Source: Iphione sp. A-MEVVRFRX5
Lineage: Eukaryota
DNA: 64,000 nt
Assembly: GCA_976226885.1 (NCBI GenBank)
Contig: OZ320315.1
Coordinates: 97,030,001 to 97,094,000 of the forward strand
Direction of reading: 5' to 3'
Positions 1 through 13,218 of the stretch are shown here, piece after piece (position 1 is the first letter of the stretch; every line of letters starts with the position of its first letter). The position numbers were made by a program, and so were the translations under genes. Below the pieces are notes generated by a model. That model was not told the DNA's origin, searched no databases, and saw only the letters and a list, made by a program, of their open reading frames with translations.

Positions 1-1340
1 TCAAGTGCCGAAGATATTGTCTGATTACATTTTACTCATTGAACTCATTGAGTCAAATATGAATGGAACCATTGGCATATTTTGTCTCCCATCCCATACC
101 ATTTTAATTTATTTAAACGCAGTTTGTGGTTAATTAAATCAAATGCTTTAGACATATCTAGAAAAACTGTACCCATGTATTTCCCAGAATTAATCAGTTC
201 ATAAATCCTTTTTAACAAAACCCCGCAAGCTATTGAAGTCCCTCTCCCCTGTCTAAAACCAAATTGATTTTGACAAAACAAATTATTTTTCTATATATAT
301 GAATAAATTTGGTTAGATACGATATGTTCCAGAATTTTACTTGGTGCCTGCAATATAGAGATAGGTCTGTAATTTTCTGATTTAAAACAACTCGACTTTT
401 TCTGGAGAGGAGTAATTGTTGCATGTTTCCATGACGCTGGGACAACACCGTCCTCTAGTGAACGATTGAGTTAAGTAAAGAAATATACAGTGCATTTTAG
501 GCTGTCCTTCAGATATCTCATAGGTAAACCTTCTATTCCCGAAGGTTTACAATCCTTCAGTTTCAAGATAAGTTTGTATACTTGGCCAAAACTTTTCAAA
601 TTCTATTAAATTTGGTCTGTCATTCTTTGAGTATGGTCCAATATTCAGTTTTAGTCCAAATTGCAGTTTCTCGGCTATTTCTTTAAATTTATGATTAAAT
701 TCTTCAGACACTGCTGCCCCCTCTATAATTCTCTCACCATCCTTCAATTTGATATCAATCCCACCCTTACGTGATCGACCAAAAGCAACACTACTAATTA
801 AATTCCACAGTCTCCTATCGTTCTCAGTTTCCAGGTAATTATTTTTAATTTCTCTGGCTAATTTGTTTACTAAATTACGAAAATAATTATACACCTGCTT
901 GTAATCTATTATACTTGACTTTATCCATCTTCTCCTGTATTGTCCCGTTCTCTACGGAGATTCAATAATCGTTGGTCCAACCATCCTGGCGTTGTAAGTC
1001 TGTGATATCTTCATATGGACAAAGTTTATCTATTACACCCATAACATTATCCACCCAACGTTCCCAAATTGCATCTACACACATACCTGGGTCAATTTCC
1101 CAATTACAATCATCAAGCATCTCTTGTAGTATTTGAAAGGTATAGTGCTTATCCATTTCTTACAGACCGCATCACTTTCTGAGCTTTCTGTCTTGATTTT
1201 TTAAAATCGACATAAGTAATATAATGATCACTATAACCACTGATTAGAACACCACATTTTATATAGTCCAAAGTTGTGGTATAAATATGGTCAAGACATT
1301 CTAGCCATTTATGGGTCACTTCATTCACCAACTGTTTTAC
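1..1340 (-). mobile_element. Decayed LINE (APE-RT ORF2) fragment
   Basis: ORF 45..281 has QFGFRQGRGT...VFLDMSKAFDLINH...W(F)HSYLTQ (non-LTR RT). ORF 1149..1331 has DHIY...SDHY (APE C-terminus). The linker ORFs between them are broken by stops and frameshifts. Confidence 0.85.
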
Positions 1341-1560
1341 ACAAGAAGAGATTATTTCAGGATTAACAAGTCAACAAGTGCTTAAACACCATTGTAACTG
1401 GATGAAGATAACAAGCTTGATAATAGTATGGTCTTCAGTATTAAATCTAATAGAGAAGAATAAATGGCATTTTGTGCTCCTAGTCTTACAAGGGATAACA
1501 ATTTACAATACATTCATGTGTAGACACTCTTTAGTTACATTCAGATTTAGTATAATCTTT

Positions 1561-2144
1561 TCAGCTCACCTGAAGACCCAATTCTTGAATCTTTCTCCAC
1601 ATGGCCTGAGTCCAATGAAATGTGCATCGCTGGATGTTTGCTCCAGGGAAGTTGGCTTTGATGCCTTTCCATATTGCCACCTCAAAATCGCTTACAAACT
1701 GTGCCAACACAGGCTGATTGGGTAGTGGTTTTCGGAGAGCTTTAAACAGCTGTTTGAACAACAATGTTTAAATATTACCAAAGTGAACCAATAGAACTCC
1801 TTAGGTAATGCATAGAACTACACAAAATAATAGCTTCAATCAGGATCAGTTAACAATATACATTTCAACTTGAAATATAGGCTGCAAAAGTCAGTAGTAA
1901 TGTATAGATTTGATAGGAAACCAAATACGACCCCTTTCATAAACAACATTTTTAAAAAGAATTTTACATTTTTGTAATCAGCTCTCTCCTCTGAATTTTT
2001 CAAGAAGCCGTGAACTGTGAAGTGTTGCTGTAATGGGTCTCGCACTGTTTTGAACGTTCCATCCGCATACCAAGATTTTGTTGTACAGCAATCGATAAAC
2101 ATTGCTCCAACCGACTCTTTCATTACAGGAAAAATATATATCAT
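1561..2144 (-). pseudogene. MULE/Mutator-like transposase fragments
   Basis: WYADGTFKTV...HFTVHGF (1836..2144) and FVSDFEVAIWKGIKANFPGANIQRCTFHWTQAMWRKIQELGL (1561..1764) match MULE transposase domain motifs. Confidence 0.8.
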
Positions 2145-2394
2145 TTATCAATGTCATTGTACTTATTGTACTTCGACCATGGGTGAACCCATGTTGACGA
2201 GGCGATGATATCTGTAGCAGAGGGGGATGGTATATAAGGAGTGGAATATCTTGGGAAGTAACAGGGTGAGAGGGACGGGGTTTTGACTTAAACGTTGTGG
2301 GTCAGGTGGCGGAGGTGGTGGTGGGGAGGTCATGGTATATAAGTATGACCAAAGCTGTGTGTAATGAATTATCCAGCTGGTGTGATCAACAGGT

Positions 2395-3135
2395 TACTAT
2401 TGAATCCTAAAAAAAGCAGTATAATCACAGTACCACCAGGTACGATGAATGTGTTAGCCCAAAGGGACACCGTTAAATTATTAGGAAACTAATCAACTAC
2501 ACTGAGACTTATAAATACTTGGGAATTATTATTGATTATCGATTAAAATTTAACGAAGAACTAAAGAAGATAATATCAATATTGAATGGTAAATTATATA
2601 TGTTAAACAGTTAAAAAACTTAAGAGCAAAGGATTTTTTACTACTTTAATCTATATGGGGTTATGAACATGTAATCCTTCGAAACAAATCGATATCCTTC
2701 AACGAGTACAAAATAGTATTGTCAATTGTATACAAAATGGAAGGAAAAATTGGAACAGAAGAATGAGTCAAAATTGTACTAAAACTACCATATGATGAGT
2801 ATTAATAGAAGAATTGATTTATTTACTGTGACTCTCCTATATAAAATGGTACGGTTAGGTACATTACTCTTGTGTCAGAATAGCAATTTACATCATCAAG
2901 ACGAACTGTGTATACAATTATGTACCCCAACATATGAACTGATTAAAAGATCATTTATAAAGAACAGATATCTTATGTAGAATAAGCTGGACGAATTGTA
3001 TAAGAACTGAGGAACATATCATGAGTATGTAAAGCTTATAAAATGATCTCACTTATGATGCACGACTACTGACATATATATTAGATGTACAATTGTTGGA
3101 AATAAAATTCCATATTATCTTATCTTATCTTAATA
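2395..3135 (+). mobile_element. Plus-strand 3' end of a decayed LINE
   Basis: LNPKKS-like RT motif near 2400, a C-terminal CTPTYELIKRSFI segment (ORF 2792..2980), and AATAAA followed by a (TCTTA)n tail at about 3103-3132. Confidence 0.5.
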
Positions 3136-3240
3136 GGGCTAGAGCGACAGGGTATTTTTTACCAAAATGCTGTGGTAGCCAAGGGGTCTGAACCGTCCCC
3201 TTATATACTGCAGCAGAGGAAGGGAGAATGTATTTTTAGC

Positions 3241-3700
3241 TCACCATCGCAATGATTTGCCATGCAAGAACATGCCGCCCCCCATGTCCCTTTTGGCATT
3301 CATGTCAGTGATGTCCATATTCAAATGAACAATCGTATTGTCAATTATGTGCTGAGTATGATGGTCCACACTAGGATTGATAAGTGCATTGTCCAGATGG
3401 GCATTGTAGCGGCTAATGTTTTGTTGAGTTAAGGTGCAGAATGCGAATTTGTTTGCTCGGAATCGAATAAGCATACTTTTTTCGGACATGGCTGAGTTCC
3501 CATCTCATGCGATAGTAAAGTTCATCGGTTGATCCATCAAGTACTATCTGACAACTCTTTAGAGCCATTCCTAGGCGCGTCAGGTTGTTGGTGCTGGCAA
3601 GAATCATAACCAAGGCAGGCTCACGCTTGTAATCAAGTCCACGGCATACTTTATGACCACTTAAACCATCCATGCCACTCTCTCTATGTTCTTACCATCC
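3241..3700 (-). pseudogene. SGNH/GDSL-hydrolase-like ORF fragment, probably LINE-associated
   Basis: LVMILASTNNLTRL resembles SGNH block III and parallels VILGGTTDVTKL at about 53.4 kb. Confidence 0.45.
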
Positions 3701-3789
3701 CCCCATGCCTGTTATATCCCATATTGTTGTGTGTCGTTTTCTCATTATCAGAATGCCTTTGTTGCTGAGTCGACGGAGTGTTTTCAGTT

Positions 3790-4840
3790 GTTGGCCTGAA
3801 ATCTATAGCGGTCCGTACTGACCAGTAATGTTACGTCCCTCCATATTTATGCGGGCTTCAATACACATTCTGGGGAGGTATTTTTCCAGAGTGTGTTGGC
3901 CAATGGGCTGCATACTGAATGAAATTTTGCCCAAAAGATTTGGCATTGGCCAGCGATAGAACCTCCCAATTTCTGGAATATGGTTTAAATACTTCTTATA
4001 GAAAGCTACGATACACATTGGATGGTCTGGTCTACTGTAGTGTCTGACAAATCGCGGTTTTGAAGTACAGTCAAGAGATCCCGTCACCATCTTGGACAGT
4101 CGTCCTTGTATGTAATGAACTCTCTGTTCAAATCATCTAAACCCAGACTGAATTGTGTTGCTTCTAATGAGAGATGCTCATGTTTTGCCCAAAACCAAAT
4201 AATTTGCAATTGTAAAAATACACTCCGTAGGACAAGCCCTTAGCACTAGTATCATTGATTACGCCGCTGATCCACAGCTGTCTCTCACCTTCAACTGTAA
4301 TCACATCAGCACGTCGAGTATGGACTCCTAGGCCTTCTGCGATCAATTCTTTTCTCCTGGTGTCTAACGCATCCCGGAAAGTCTTAAAATGTCGTCCTTC
4401 TTCAACAACCAAACCTCGCTTTTTCCAAGGACATCACGGATAAAACGTTGAATGCCTGCTGCTATACTGGTGAGGGAGCCTGAAAAATAGTCAAATACAA
4501 TTCGCTGAGTGATTATGGTGAAGCATCGTAACTATTACAGTGCAATAAACAGTGTGTAGTGTATTATGTGAACAGAGCAGCATTCAATTCTTACTTATTC
4601 TAAATTTTTTTACCAGGAGGATATGGGGTGCTGTCTTTTTTGGTGACTTCTGTTATGAGGTGAGCCAACCAGTAATCCAGCAAATACAAATCGGTGTGAT
4701 CCAAGAAGGGGGCCGGCCAGTTCACGTCTTCTTCGCTGTCTTCATGCCAGTTTCTCCATTTTCTTCATTCTCTTTAAATCTGGACTGCCCAGTTGATCGC
4801 ATGCAAGGTATTGGTAGGGATACACTTCTGGATCCTCGTA
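3790..4840 (-). mobile_element. Crypton-like (DUF3504-type) tyrosine recombinase, pseudogenised
   Basis: Manual translation gives IPTNTLHAINWAVQI..W (about 4770-4836) and LDYWLAHLITEVTKKDSTPYPP. The ORF track gives FRDALDTRRKELIAEGLG...ERQLWISGVI...LSYGVYFYNCKLFG and CIVAFYKKYL...FYRWP...QPIGQHTL...NITG. All are typical of Crypton/ZMYM-type YR domains. Confidence 0.8.
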
Positions 4841-5228
4841 CTCAGCTGCTGGGAAGATTGGACAGTCCTGAAATGTTTTCCTTGATTTGAATTTGGAGGA
4901 GACATATCCCCACCTGTAGTCGGATTTGTCTTCGCTGCACCTGGGAATGGACAATGTACACAATCTGTAGTTAGCTTATCATATTGTATGGCAATGGCTA
5001 TATAGTCATACTTACCACGTTGTTCATGATGGCTGCTTTGAGAAGATCATTATCTGAGTCCCCTCCTTGAAATTCCTCCAAACTGGTTTCCTGGGGCAAT
5101 TCCACAACAATTTCTGTTTGAGAGATGATGAGAGATCCCAATTCTCTTGACTGAATCGGCACATCGCTCAGTTGTAGAGGGGGGGGGGTCTAAATCAGAT
5201 AAGGTACCTCGTCCTCACTGTTATGGCC

Positions 5229-5613
5229 TTATAATGGCCTCATTCGCTCCGCGAAGCTCGGCCATATGTACAATTTACGACCTTGATAATAATTGACATT
5301 CATGAATTGGTCGTCCTTCCAAAGATTGTATCCAACCCCATGTCTTTTGGAGTCTGCAAAGAGATACACATCGCCACGCGTCTCTCTCATTCCTTTGGAG
5401 CGTAGTGTAGTATGAATCTCAATTAGCAAATGCCCCAATGGATTTTGCCCTTTGTAGGTACCCGCAGGAATTAGTGGGAAACGAATAAGGGTACCGACTC
5501 CCCACAAATTTTAATGAGCATATTGCTTTGATTATAATGTCGTTCTGGAGGAACTTCGCCAAGATTTCCTGCTTCAATTGGTCTACCAGATCGACATCCC
5601 AGGATTCACTCAT
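5229..5613 (-). pseudogene. NADAR domain C-terminal half followed in frame by an SGNH-like start
   Basis: EILAKFLQNDII and LWGVG...YKGQNPLGHLLIEI match the NADAR KFxQN / WGxG / GxNxLG motifs. They are followed by DVYLFADS...YQGRKL. Confidence 0.7.
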
Positions 5614-5680
5614 TAATCACAACAATAGTCACACAGGAAGGATAATCGATAATCCACTGATGAAATAATGATTTAATCAA

Positions 5681-5905
5681 TTGTATTGCTACACTCTGAT
5701 AACTATGAATGGACATCTCATAGAACAAGTAACCAGATTCAAATATCTTGGAATTATTATCGACAGTCACCTTGACATGATTAATGACCTAGAAGTGAAA
5801 ATCAAGAAAACTCGTAGTTTGCTAAATTTATTACGTGAAGTGAGATCGAGGAGTAATCAGAGTGTAGCAATACAATTGATTAAGTATAATTTGTGTCCTC
5901 AGTGA
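5681..5905 (+). pseudogene. Inverted LINE RT segment
   Basis: NGHLIEQVTRFKYLGIIIDSHL is the RT thumb motif and is the expected continuation of the adjacent minus-strand RT. Confidence 0.7.
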
Positions 5906-5909
5906 TTAC

Positions 5910-7804
5910 TTCTTACATTACTAATGCCATTACATTACATTATGCCATTGACCTGGCACCATTCACTTAACTTCTCAATATCCTGTTGTAAGGTTTGTCT
6001 GATGATTAACGGGTCTTTGTTCCTAATACACAGCACAATGTCATCTGCATACATTGTGCACTCAGATCCTGTGTAGTGTTTGATACTATCGTTAATGAAA
6101 AGATTAAACATCATTGGACCTCAGAGGTAGTTTATGCAAAATACATCCATTAATTTTTGTATAAATTTTTCTATGAGACAAATACGACTTAAGCCACTGT
6201 TCTATTTTTTTAAAACCCATTTAGGACAATATGATGGTTTATTGTATTGAATGCTTTACTGAAATCTATGAAGTGCCCCAACCAGATCCTCTCACTTTAA
6301 TGCCTCATGTATAAAGATTAATAGGTCATTAACTGCAGTCTGTGTTGATTTTTCTTTCTGAAACCCAAATTGTTTTTGTGAGATTAGATTGTTACAGGAT
6401 ATATAGTCACTCATCTGATCGAATACTATTCTTTCTAGAATTTTAGCAACCATTGGCAATATTGAAATCGGTCTGTAGTTCGTAACTCCATCTCTCCTTC
6501 CCTTGCCTTTATAAATCGGCGTAATGAGTGCTTCAGTCCATTCATAAGGGACTATCTGTTTTTGTAAACTATTGAGTAATACTGTAAATTGTTCCCACCT
6601 TTGCATCCAATTGCTTTAATATAAGATCTTCAACTTGTGTTTCTTGAACCATTCTAAAGCTAAAGTCATCATTAGTTGTTGGTACCCAGATAAGATTCAT
6701 TGGATTTTCTTCATGTGCTTGGGTATTTCCAATCTTTGCAAAGAAATTGTTTAATATGTTCGGTACCACTTCTGCATTTGATGCACCTTTGATGTTGATT
6801 GTAGGTGTTTTTCTTGTTTTACCCGTTAACTGCCAATATTTTCTCGGATTCTACTGTGAGTAGTAGTTGGATACACCATTTTGAATTGATCTCTTGACAG
6901 TTACAGCAACTCTCCTAGCATTTGCCAGCAAACAACTGATTCTTTTCTGCAATTTGCTTTCTGGTACATTTACTTATTTGTGTTAGCTCTATGCGTTTCG
7001 GCTGACTTTTCTTAAAAGGATAATTATCTTCAAGGAAAATCTGAATAATTCTCTTCATAAACAACCACTGATAATCTGGATCTTCAAATATTTCATACCC
7101 ACCCCAGTCTAAATGTTTGACATAATGAGTAAAATTGTCATGTGATATATTATTCCATTTTCTATAATTGAAAGATCTTATGTCCACATTAATTCTTCTT
7201 CTTTGTATGATAGTCAAAACCTCATAGTGATCACTTAGAAAAGTTTTGTTTACTCTGCTTGCTCCCTTTACCCTGTGATAAAGGAATACCAGATCTATAC
7301 AACTTCTAGTCTGCAGAGTACATCGTGTAGGGGTTTGGACGAGATCAATTTGTGGTTTTGTCATAAAGTTGTTTATCGAGTGTATTTATATTGAAGTCAT
7401 CTAACAGGCATATGCAATTATCTAGTTGACGGATCACCTCCATATGTTCATCTAGAGTCGTAATAAAGTCTACCACATTTCCCTTTGGAGGTCTATTTAA
7501 GCAGCATAATGCTAAGTTGGGCCTATCCTTTTGCTGTACTTCTAACCATATCAGTTCCATGTTGCTATAAGAAATCAGATATTTACTATTATCAAAGGTT
7601 ATTATTGATAAGCTTTCTTTATAAAAAAATATTAGTCCACCTCCCCTTTTCTTGCTTCTATCTAGGCGTATAATTAAACAGTTGGGTATATCTATTGTGG
7701 CAGTCAAGATGCTATCATTTAACCATGTTTATATCAGGATTAATCTGTTCTATGCATGTTTTTAGTTCCAACCATTTGGGCAAAAGACTCCGTATGTTCA
7801 GCAT
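5910..7804 (-). mobile_element. Decayed CR1/L2-like LINE ORF2 (APE + RT)
   Basis: APE motifs MLNIRSLLPK (about 7800), RLDRSKKRGGG, DDFNIN, SCIDLVF and SDH; RT motifs NYRPISILP, QFGFQK and YADD (about 6045). Confidence 0.9.
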
Positions 7805-8375
7805 CAAAGTTCAAAGTTCAAAGTTCTTTATTTCACATCTCTTTGTATCGAGTAGCACTGAATACATGGAGATCTTCCAGCAAAATGTATAATAGCTGAG
7901 TACTCGTTGTCATTACAATGTTACTTCCGAACAAACAATCCAATTTATAATTACTTCAACAATCCAACTTATAATCAAGATCAACTAATAGGCACACACA
8001 CACGGGTAACACAGGGCTTAATACAACTATAATTAGACAGACCATGTGTCAGACTGCATGTCCAGTACATTGTTTTTTCTTCACCTACTTATTTACACAT
8101 GATTAAGATCATTTCAACACATAAGTAACAGAATAGATTAGGTACAGATAATGCAAATGATTTCACAAAGAGAGACTGTCTCGGTCTTTGCAGCTCTGCT
8201 ACTCCAAACACACTTCTTCTGGTTGCCATTTTACTCCCCCTGGATACCTTGTTCAACCTAAGCATTCTATGCACTAGTAGTACTAACTGCTCCCTTCCTC
8301 TTACTTCAAAGGATTGTAAGCCTGCTTTCCATCTCAGGGACAGGGAAGACTCCCTGCATCTAGTCATTCCCACTT

Positions 8376-10809
8376 TCAAGGCTGTTTTTTTTTTATTTGG
8401 AGCTGGTCAACCATACTTTTGCTAGTCGATACAAACAGAGGTAGGCCATAGTCAATAGCCGGCAACACAAACGATTTGAACATTCTAACCCTGTCCACAA
8501 AGGGAAGTAGTTTCACAAGACGTGATAATACATAGGATCTCTGCCTTACTCGTTTTCTCATGTTTTCTACAAGTGGTTTCCAAGTTAACTTAGTGTCAAT
8601 CAGATACCCTAGAAAGTTAAATTGATCCACCTTACTGATTTTCACAGTTTCTTGATGCAAGTCCAGATCAAACTGACCTGCTCTACCAAATATCATATAA
8701 CAAGACTTCTTGTCATTAAGAACCAGTCCATGCACCTTTACCCAGTTGCTTACATCCTTTATACCCCTCTGTAATTTCAAACGTAGCGCCATGGCATTGC
8801 TTGCTTCCCCATAGATAGTTAAGTCATCCGCATATAAAATACTCTTGGTGATTACCTGGGCTCCCACAACTGGATTGATTACCATAGTGAACATTAGTGG
8901 GCCCATTAGGCTGCCCTGGGGTACCCCTTGTTTCACATGCAGCAGGGATGAGTTATATCCGTTACAGCGCACATATTGTTTACGATTATGAAGATAGAGG
9001 CCCATCTGATACAGATCTCACCCGCCCCCGCAACTCTCAGACTGTGTAATACTAAGTCATGGTTTATTATGTCAAAGGCTTTGGACATATCAAAATAGAC
9101 TGCACCAGTATATTTACCCATATCATTTGCCTCATAAACTCCCTTAAGAAGCTCCGCTACCGCTGTTCCAGTACTTCTCCCAGCACGAAAGCCGTGTTGG
9201 GCTTCTGTGAAATAACCTATACTTTCAAGCTTGTTCACTATCTGTTGATGCACTACCTTCTCCACTATTTTCCCAATCAGTGGGAGAATTGCCACTGGCC
9301 GATAATTCGCTTTGCTTGTCCGTGGCCCCTTCTTGTGTATTGGTACTATGCGTGCGACTTTCCAGTCCAATGGCACAGTACCAGTCAAGACCAGTTCATT
9401 CACAATCGTTACAACATGATCTAAAGAGATCAACAGAGTCTTTGAAGACCCTGGTAGGCAGGTCTGCCATGCCACTGGGTTTTTTGATGTTTATTGCCTC
9501 AATTATTTCTCTGAGCTGACTTGGTGATACAGGCTTCAAATCCCAGGTGGCAGCACTATCGACAAAATCAGTCTGAATTGGTCGAGCTAGCTGTTCTGCT
9601 TGTTCAACAAAATAACTATTTAAAACCTCTGCTACATTTGCCTCGTCTATGTCCTCATCTCCTTCCTTAAGTAATATATTCGATTGTTTTAACTTATCCC
9701 TTCTAAGGACGCAATTGATTGTTTGCCAGTATTCCTTTTGCATTTTGCATTTTCTAAGCTGCTCTTGGAAAAACTTTTTCTTTGCTTTTATCACCAACCG
9801 GCTTACCATCGATTTATAAAATTTAGAGATTCTTAAGTCATCCTCATTTGATGTCCTTTTATACTCCTTTAAAAAATGATCCCTGTTTTTCTGGCCTCGC
9901 TTATTTCTTTGGTCATCCACTCACTTCCTAGTCTTACTTTTCTGGCTACCTTAGGACACAGTTTTTCCACCGCATTTACCATGCCCGACTCCAGGACTTT
10001 CCACCTATCTTCTGGTTCATTATCCTTTTTGTCAACTAATATCTGGAGGCAATCTTCTAACTCATCCCCAAGTTTCCACCTATCATAGTCTTTCCATGCT
10101 CTTCCCATTCTAACCTCTGATTTCTTCTTCTCACATGCCTTTTTATTTACAATATACACCGGTTGATGATCACTCACATGAATGTCAAGAGTTCCTTTCA
10201 TACTGATGTCACTAAGGTTGGTGCAGACTAGATCCAGGATGGATCTACTCCATCAATGGATTATTGTCGGACCATCTATTACCTGAGTTAGCTTGTAACG
10301 GTCAAATATATCTTCTAGCAGTTGCCGCTTTCTATCTTGTCTGCTCCAGTCAGTGTTTAAGTCACCTCCTATAATTATATCAGGGTTGCGATCTCTCACT
10401 ATTCTCTTCAAGTTAACATCTAGATGCTCAGCTAAAATAGTATGCCTACCTGTGGGGGGCTGTAGATCGATCCCACATACAGAGATTTCTTGTAACTTGA
10501 TTTTATTTTTACCCACATGCTTTCAACCTCATCTTTCATTGAGTTCAATTTTATTACCTCTTCTGCTACCACACTTTTGCAGACATACGTGACCAATCCC
10601 CCTCCCCTTTCTTTGGATAATCCAGTCCTGTCTTGTCTGAATACATTGTAGCCATTAATATGTAACTGTTCATTTGGAATACTCGCCTTTAGCCACGTTT
10701 CACATATGCATAGTGCTAAAGGTTTTTCATTTACCATTAATTCAACAACTTCGGAAAATTTAGACATTAGACTTCTTATGTTCCAATAAATAACCGTTCT
10801 TCCCTTCAT
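8376..10809 (-). pseudogene. LINE ORF2 (APE endonuclease + reverse transcriptase), frameshifted
   Basis: WNIRSL, ETWL, RQDR..RGGG, GDLN, SDHQP, NYRPVAILP, QHGFR, DMSKAFD, GVPQGSLMGPLMF, YADD, FLGYLID. Confidence 0.95.
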
Positions 10810-10949
10810 GACTCTCCGTTTTTGTTCTTTCCAATTTTTATTTCACATATTAATCAGTTACAATTTGCTCACGATATAGATGTCTGTATAGAATACACCC
10901 ATCCACAGTAACATGCCATGTAGTTATTCGTTTAGCAGAAGCTATTATG

Positions 10950-11558
10950 AGTGCTGGTATCAAATAGATCACCGGCTGTCAATACAGGAATGTACGACGA
11001 ATGAAATCGACTCTCTCCCTCCCAATTTCCAGTTACATGTGGAGCCATGTTGATATTATCTACCAACAAGTCGGTTCTGAAAACCGAATGACCATACCAA
11101 TTTTCATGGATTCACCAGGATGTTTCTGGTGTGTCCAATCCATTTAGAGAATTCATATCATAGCAAAGGTTATTGAACTTTTCGATCTGTGAACATAACT
11201 CAGTTTGGCAGTACACACATGGAGGGTTGAATAATTTGGCATATGTTGGCAGAAACACCACATATGAGCTCGCACCTGTTCTGAGGCCGTTACAAATAGC
11301 ATTCATTTTATTCCACAAAACATCCGACATGGACCAACAAGAGTCAAATATTATATCGTCGACTTGACCACCCACTCGTACCAATGAGTGCAGTCCCATA
11401 TGTATCAGGGCCACATTGTAGTCCGGATCCTGATATTGGTCCAGGTGATCCACGATATATTCAAGCCTGCGATCAGTTAGCACAACTGATTCCCAGTCAT
11501 ACGAAGCATACACACGGCTGTACACTCCGTGACCCAACTGCAGTCCACGAACATTCAA
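10950..11558 (-). pseudogene. ORF-X: SGNH-hydrolase-like protein between ORF1 and ORF2
   Basis: YNVALIHMGLHSL...VVFLP...PETSW*IHE...GHSVFR. Homologous segments occur at 23.6, 37.1 and 41.9 kb. Confidence 0.6.
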
Positions 11559-11733
11559 AACTAGTTCACCTAGGCAAGAATATTTTATAAATTAAAAGAC
11601 CAGCATCAGTATATTTTGCAACTCAATTCATCATTAGAATGATAAATGCTGACTCATTTCTGGTACATGTATGATATTACTTATACAGTTACATACTGTT
11701 TGCATAATTCGCATAGCATTTTACCGTTCTGAT

Positions 11734-13218
11734 TTATGCGCCAATATGATTACCTTCCATTGTTGCATTGTCATATAGTCTCGATCCACTGCACAGAAAG
11801 CGATCAATACCACATTCAATGATTTCCTTTGAACCTGTGCCTATCAACACGGCTTTTAACACTGAATGCGCCTCAAATTTTGCTCTATGCACCTCATATA
11901 GCATTTGAAGCTCCCTTCTCGCCCATTCATTGGTTCGTTCAATTGAATTACCCAGTTGACGTGCCCTCATTGGGTTACTTTCATTTTTTATTTTGATGGA
12001 CAACCCCTTTTCATTACAACTTATGGCCTTTTGTGATTGAAACGCGTGCTCAACTGAGCAGTACTCCTCCCCATATACAGTAATCTCAGCTGGGTACAGA
12101 CTTGATAGAGGACAGTGCATACCCCTTATTGCCACCATAGCCTCCGTCTCCCTAGTGTTTGCACTCTCAAGCGTGAGGTCGTAGGGCAGTTTATCAATGT
12201 CGGCTGGCTTGTAGCTAATTCCCTCGACAATCAATGTTAGCCCACGTACACCGGCCCTTAGACCTCGTCGTCTCGCCTCTCTGGCTAGACAATGAAGGTC
12301 TTGATGGGTAGACTTGCCCTTCTTTGGTATATCCTCGTGAATGAAGATATAAGAATATTCATCCAAAGAATATTTATCCAAATCCTTCAGTTCAAACCTT
12401 TTAGAATACACTTTGTTCCTGACGACGACTGAATTGAAAGTGACAAGAACCACCGTGTCATAGCCATCTTGGCGTTGACCGAGGCGCTCAACACCATAGA
12501 TATCAGTGTCCCCCCACCTTGAATCAAGTGCATACAATATGTCTGACACCAATTCCCATTCATCAATTTCCTCCCGGTCTGGTATACCATGAAATGATAA
12601 ATTCCAGTGTCTGTTGTAGACATCTGCTAATAAGAGCTCTGAGTTAGCTCCATCGTCTGGTTCAGTCACATCAGTTACAACTTGACCTTTCCCTTCAGTT
12701 GCTGACTTTTCTTCTAGACTTGCCACTCTCCCCTCCAGACTTGCCACTCGTTCGTTAGCTTCCTTTAGAAGTTTAATTAGCTCAATGTTTTTCACTAGCT
12801 TTGCAATCATGCCATCTTGAACTTGGCACCTTTCCTCGCTTTCCTTACGCAGAGCCTGGAGCTCCTTTAGTATGTTCTCCTCATTTACAAGGATAGAACC
12901 AAGTCTCTTACTATGGTCAGTCCAGTGACTCATGTCCTGATTACCATCATCAGCGTTAGGCTCAAGAGTGTCCTGTGGTTTCTCCCGGGGGTCCCCTGTA
13001 TGGGGGCCAGCAGGAGCTGGCGATAATCCAGTGCTAACCCCGGTCTCATCGAGCGCGTCTTTTCCTTTGTCTGCAACGTCTTCAGTATCACTTGTTTCCG
13101 AGGACGAGCTGCTCAGTACAGTAAAGCTTTTACTTCTTCTAGTACACCGCAGGTTCACAAAGGTATTTTGCTCATGTTTCACACCACTTTTGGCTTTTTT
13201 CGTCTTTGTTCGAACCAT
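11734..13218 (-). CDS. LINE ORF1: acidic/basic N-terminus, coiled coil, L1-like RRM region, C-terminal NADAR domain
   Basis: 494-aa ORF with a heptad region (LKEANERVASLEGRVASLEEK) and NLSFHGIPD...ERLG...VLVTF...IFIHEDIP. The NADAR part reads LSSL...YCSVEHAFQSQKA...ARQLGN...W...AKF...L..TG..EIIEC..D, and its last motif (NQNGKMLCEL) lies beyond a frameshift. Confidence 0.8.
   Translation of the reverse strand: MVRTKTKKAKSGVKHEQNTFVNLRCTRRSKSFTVLSSSSSETSDTEDVADKGKDALDETGVSTGLSPAPAGPHTGDPREKPQDTLEPNADDGNQDMSHWTDHSKRLGSILVNEENILKELQALRKESEERCQVQDGMIAKLVKNIELIKLLKEANERVASLEGRVASLEEKSATEGKGQVVTDVTEPDDGANSELLLADVYNRHWNLSFHGIPDREEIDEWELVSDILYALDSRWGDTDIYGVERLGQRQDGYDTVVLVTFNSVVVRNKVYSKRFELKDLDKYSLDEYSYIFIHEDIPKKGKSTHQDLHCLAREARRRGLRAGVRGLTLIVEGISYKPADIDKLPYDLTLESANTRETEAMVAIRGMHCPLSSLYPAEITVYGEEYCSVEHAFQSQKAISCNEKGLSIKIKNESNPMRARQLGNSIERTNEWARRELQMLYEVHRAKFEAHSVLKAVLIGTGSKEIIECGIDRFLCSGSRLYDNATMEGNHIGA

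Noticed and set aside
2210-2345. Two GGTATATAAG TATA-like motifs, with a reverse-complement match near 3200
   Set aside because: The matches are too short to define a promoter or terminal inverted repeats.
11734-13218. ORF as a host gene or a bacterial ybiA contaminant
   Set aside because: It is fused to LINE ORF1 modules, is colinear with APE-RT and a LINE tail, and recurs in several decayed copies. No prokaryotic operon context is present.
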